Notes under the pieces: model-generated
The model's input: the letters and a program-made list of their open reading frames with translations, nothing else
Told to the model about the DNA's origin: nothing
Databases searched by the model: none
Source: Candidatus Poribacteria bacterium
GTDB lineage: Bacteria > Poribacteria > WGA-4E > PCPOR2b
NCBI GenBank assembly: GCA_965116925.1
Contig: OZ220744.1
Coordinates: 3,232,001-3,296,000 of the forward strand
DNA: 64,000 bases
Reading direction: 5' to 3'
Part shown: positions 61,312 through 64,000 of the stretch, piece after piece
Layout of the letters: every line of letters begins with the position of its first letter
How positions within the stretch are numbered: position 1 is the stretch's first letter
Program-made: the position numbers and the translations under genes

Positions 61312-62678
61312 GCGAAAAAAAGAAAATCTATTTCCGCTACGACGACGGCACGGTTATCGCTGAAAACGCAGAGACACCGCCCCCACACTTTCAGTGGGAC
61401 ACGCGGGTTGAAAAATGGCGCGCCCTTGCGCTGCACTACCCAATCGCTGTCGAGCAATTGCGCGAGAACGACGTCCAATACACAACAAGCGTCCCGAAAT
61501 ACCGAACCATCAAGCCAACGCTCAAACTCGATTTCGACCTCCACGACTATCAACGGGAAGGATTACAGGCGTGGATCGATGCGGATTGCCTCGGCACCGT
61601 TGTTTTACCGACAGGCGCAGGCAAAACGCTCCTTGCCCTCAAAGCCATCGAACATGTGGGACGCAGCACACTGATCATTGTGCCAACGATTGATCTGCTC
61701 AACCAATGGTACGACCTACTGACCAACGCTTTTGACCTCGAAATCGGTATTTTGGGAGGCGGATACCACGAACTCCAAGAGATTACCGTCACGACTTACG
61801 ACAGCGCGTATCGCTACAGCAACGAATACGGCAATCGCTTCGGCTTCCTGATTTTTGACGAAGTGCATCACCTCCCTTCTCCAAGCTACAGCCACATTCC
61901 AGAACTCAGTATCGCTTCGAGACGGCTCGGCTTGACAGCAACGTATGAACGGGCGGACCGAATGGAGGAGAGACTGCGTCAACTGATCGGTGAAGTGGTC
62001 TATCGAAAGTCGATTGACGAACTCAAGGGCGAGTATCTCTCAGAATATGAAACCGTTCGGCTCTACGTCGAGCTGACTGAAGCAGAGCGAGAAGAATATA
62101 CGCGAGAACGCGCAATCTATCTCGATTTTCTCCGTAGTCGAAATATCCAACTGTTCGGCGGCGGTTGGAGCAAATTTGTCCGACTCAGCACAAGAGAAAA
62201 AGCGGCACGGCGGGCGATGCTTGCGTTGAACAGATCCAAAGCCATCGCACTCGAAGCCGAAGCCAAGTTAATTCTCCTTGAATCCCTGCTGAAACAACAT
62301 CGCAAAGATCGAGTCTTGATCTTCACCGGAAGCAACCGCTTCGCCTATCGCATCTCTACGCGCCACCTGCTGCCGGCAATTACGCATCAGACCAAAACCA
62401 AAGAACGTAAACAGATTCTTGAACGCTTCAACGCCGGCGAATATCCCGCCATCATCACGTCGAAGGTACTTAACGAAGGAATCAATGTCCCGGAGGCAAA
62501 TATCGGTATTATCCTCGGTGGCAGCGGGAGCACACGCGAACATACCCAACGACTGGGCCGCATTCTTCGTAAACGCGAAGGGAAATATGCGATCTTGTAC
62601 GAAGTGGTGACCAAAGACACACTCGAAAAGGGTGTGTCCCAACGTAGACGACAGAAGCCTGTCAAGCGGGACCCATAA
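61308..62678 (+). CDS. XPB/Rad25-like SF2 helicase
   Basis: PTGAGKT, DEVHH, GLTAT, QRLGRILR. Confidence 0.9.
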   Translation: MSEKKKIYFRYDDGTVIAENAETPPPHFQWDTRVEKWRALALHYPIAVEQLRENDVQYTTSVPKYRTIKPTLKLDFDLHDYQREGLQAWIDADCLGTVVLPTGAGKTLLALKAIEHVGRSTLIIVPTIDLLNQWYDLLTNAFDLEIGILGGGYHELQEITVTTYDSAYRYSNEYGNRFGFLIFDEVHHLPSPSYSHIPELSIASRRLGLTATYERADRMEERLRQLIGEVVYRKSIDELKGEYLSEYETVRLYVELTEAEREEYTRERAIYLDFLRSRNIQLFGGGWSKFVRLSTREKAARRAMLALNRSKAIALEAEAKLILLESLLKQHRKDRVLIFTGSNRFAYRISTRHLLPAITHQTKTKERKQILERFNAGEYPAIITSKVLNEGINVPEANIGIILGGSGSTREHTQRLGRILRKREGKYAILYEVVTKDTLEKGVSQRRRQKPVKRDP

Positions 62679-62735
62679 CGTGCCTCCTCGGTCTTCTAAA
62701 ATTGTTGTTTTGACAATGGGCTGCTGAACATATTA

Positions 62736-62951
62736 TAGTGAATTCAAAAAATAAAGAAACACTTGCGCCCCCCGGTAGGTGCGGTTTGATGAGATTTAAG
62801 TATTTAAATCAGTAATCCCTATTTGCCTCCAAACATACGGTAGGCGCGGTTTTCAACCGCGCCGGCGTCGCTAGCAAATTACCGAATCATTTTTTTAATC
62901 TTCATGTAACCGCACCGGTTTGGCGTGTCCCATTAATTCTAAAGTCTACTA
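62736..62951. mobile_element. MITE family A with nested 118-nt element (62789-62906)
   Basis: Nearly identical to 58013-58111 once the insert is removed. Confidence 0.85.
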
Positions 62952-63074
62952 TAGATTCGGATTTTCAGTGACAAGAACATAGTTGTTGGGTTACAATAAA
63001 GTAAATTACCATTACATGCAGAAGATCGGGATTTTCTTCCCCATTAAGGAGTGGGGGGCTAGCACTTAGATTCG

Positions 63075-63992
63075 ATGCTTATCATCTATCTCACAATAGC
63101 GGTGCTCTCAGTCTTCATTGGTGCTGTGATCGCCTTTTACACGCTACGTTCAAATCCGGTTATTTTTTCAATACTCGCAGGGTTCACAGCCAGTACCGTA
63201 GTGGGGTTGGTCGGTTTTTACCTCATACCCCATCTTTATGAAGACCTCGGATGGATGAGTCTTCTTGTCATGGCAGCCGGTTTTCTACCCATCTTTCTGA
63301 TTGAGCGGTTCAGCCATCGCAACCCGCGGTTCCCAATACAGAATCACCGCTGGGTTGCGGATTTGACAGTGATTGGGCTATCTATTCACGCGCTGACCGA
63401 TGGATTTAACCTCGCTATTGCAAGCAAACACGAGGAACTTGGTATCGGGCTTGCCATTGTGGTTTTAGTACATCGTCTGCCGGTTGCTTTTGTACTGACA
63501 CTAGCATTTCTCAGCGACAATTCATTTATTTCAACCATTGGACGCCGCCTCCCCTTCGGATCTCGTTTACAGTTCAGCGTACGATTGGCATTTGTCGCAA
63601 CCGTCGGACGACTGCTCCCGCTCTCAATTGCACCGGTCATTGGGGCGTTCATCGGGGAACGGATTTTGACCGGGGGATTCGGTGATTTTATCGAATACCT
63701 GACAGCCTTTGCGGCGGGTACGCTGTTGAATGTGGTAATCGAGAACTTTCATGGCGGTCATGCGTCTCATGCCCACGCGCTGCCTCCCGAAGAGGCACGC
63801 TCTCATTCTGAAGTGGGAGGTTCTCGCGAAGCTCTTCCAATAAGAGAAAGAATGTTATCTCTTGACAAGGTGAGTGCAACAATGGCTTTCATGGTGGGTC
63901 TATTGGCTATTTTCCTCTTGACCCGTGCTGTGACTCACGATCCCCATGACTTACATCGCCACGATGATCATCATCATGAAGCGGATCATTAG
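63075..63992 (+). CDS. ZIP-like metal transporter with His-rich tail
   Basis: HALTDG, HRLP, His-rich loop and C-terminus. Confidence 0.75.
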   Translation: MLIIYLTIAVLSVFIGAVIAFYTLRSNPVIFSILAGFTASTVVGLVGFYLIPHLYEDLGWMSLLVMAAGFLPIFLIERFSHRNPRFPIQNHRWVADLTVIGLSIHALTDGFNLAIASKHEELGIGLAIVVLVHRLPVAFVLTLAFLSDNSFISTIGRRLPFGSRLQFSVRLAFVATVGRLLPLSIAPVIGAFIGERILTGGFGDFIEYLTAFAAGTLLNVVIENFHGGHASHAHALPPEEARSHSEVGGSREALPIRERMLSLDKVSATMAFMVGLLAIFLLTRAVTHDPHDLHRHDDHHHEADH

Positions 63993-64000
63993 CGGAGTTA

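Noticed and set aside
1054..63882. Numerous short antisense/overlapping ORFs and intergenic ORFs such as 13545, 19373, 21696 and 37329
   Set aside because: Shadows of real genes or translations of repeats, with no recognisable motifs

Overview
Bacterial chromosomal window, most likely from Candidatus Poribacteria (inferred from PhyH/Gfo-Idh/TolB paralog expansions, secreted proteins ending in an NPFNPETWIPYQL domain, and C-terminal WGxIK tails). It holds about 50 genes: a PAS-PAS sigma-54 activator, many redox/catabolic enzymes, three tandem HAF-like repeat surface proteins, four TolB-like propellers, a putative type II R-M pair, and a moaA-SUF Fe-S operon interrupted by a TA module and an AT-rich metallopeptidase gene. 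No rRNA, tRNA, CRISPR or transposase gene is visible. The most striking feature is intergenic: at least five MITE-like element families carry or nest GTAG-type REP hairpins of more than ten different stems. Four families show distinct target duplications (TA, 5-6 bp, 8 bp, CTAG). One copy cleanly interrupts a coiled-coil gene. A sigma-54 promoter with three enhancer-like sites precedes a candidate structured RNA. Three ORFs missed or mis-called by the ORF track were found by manual translation.
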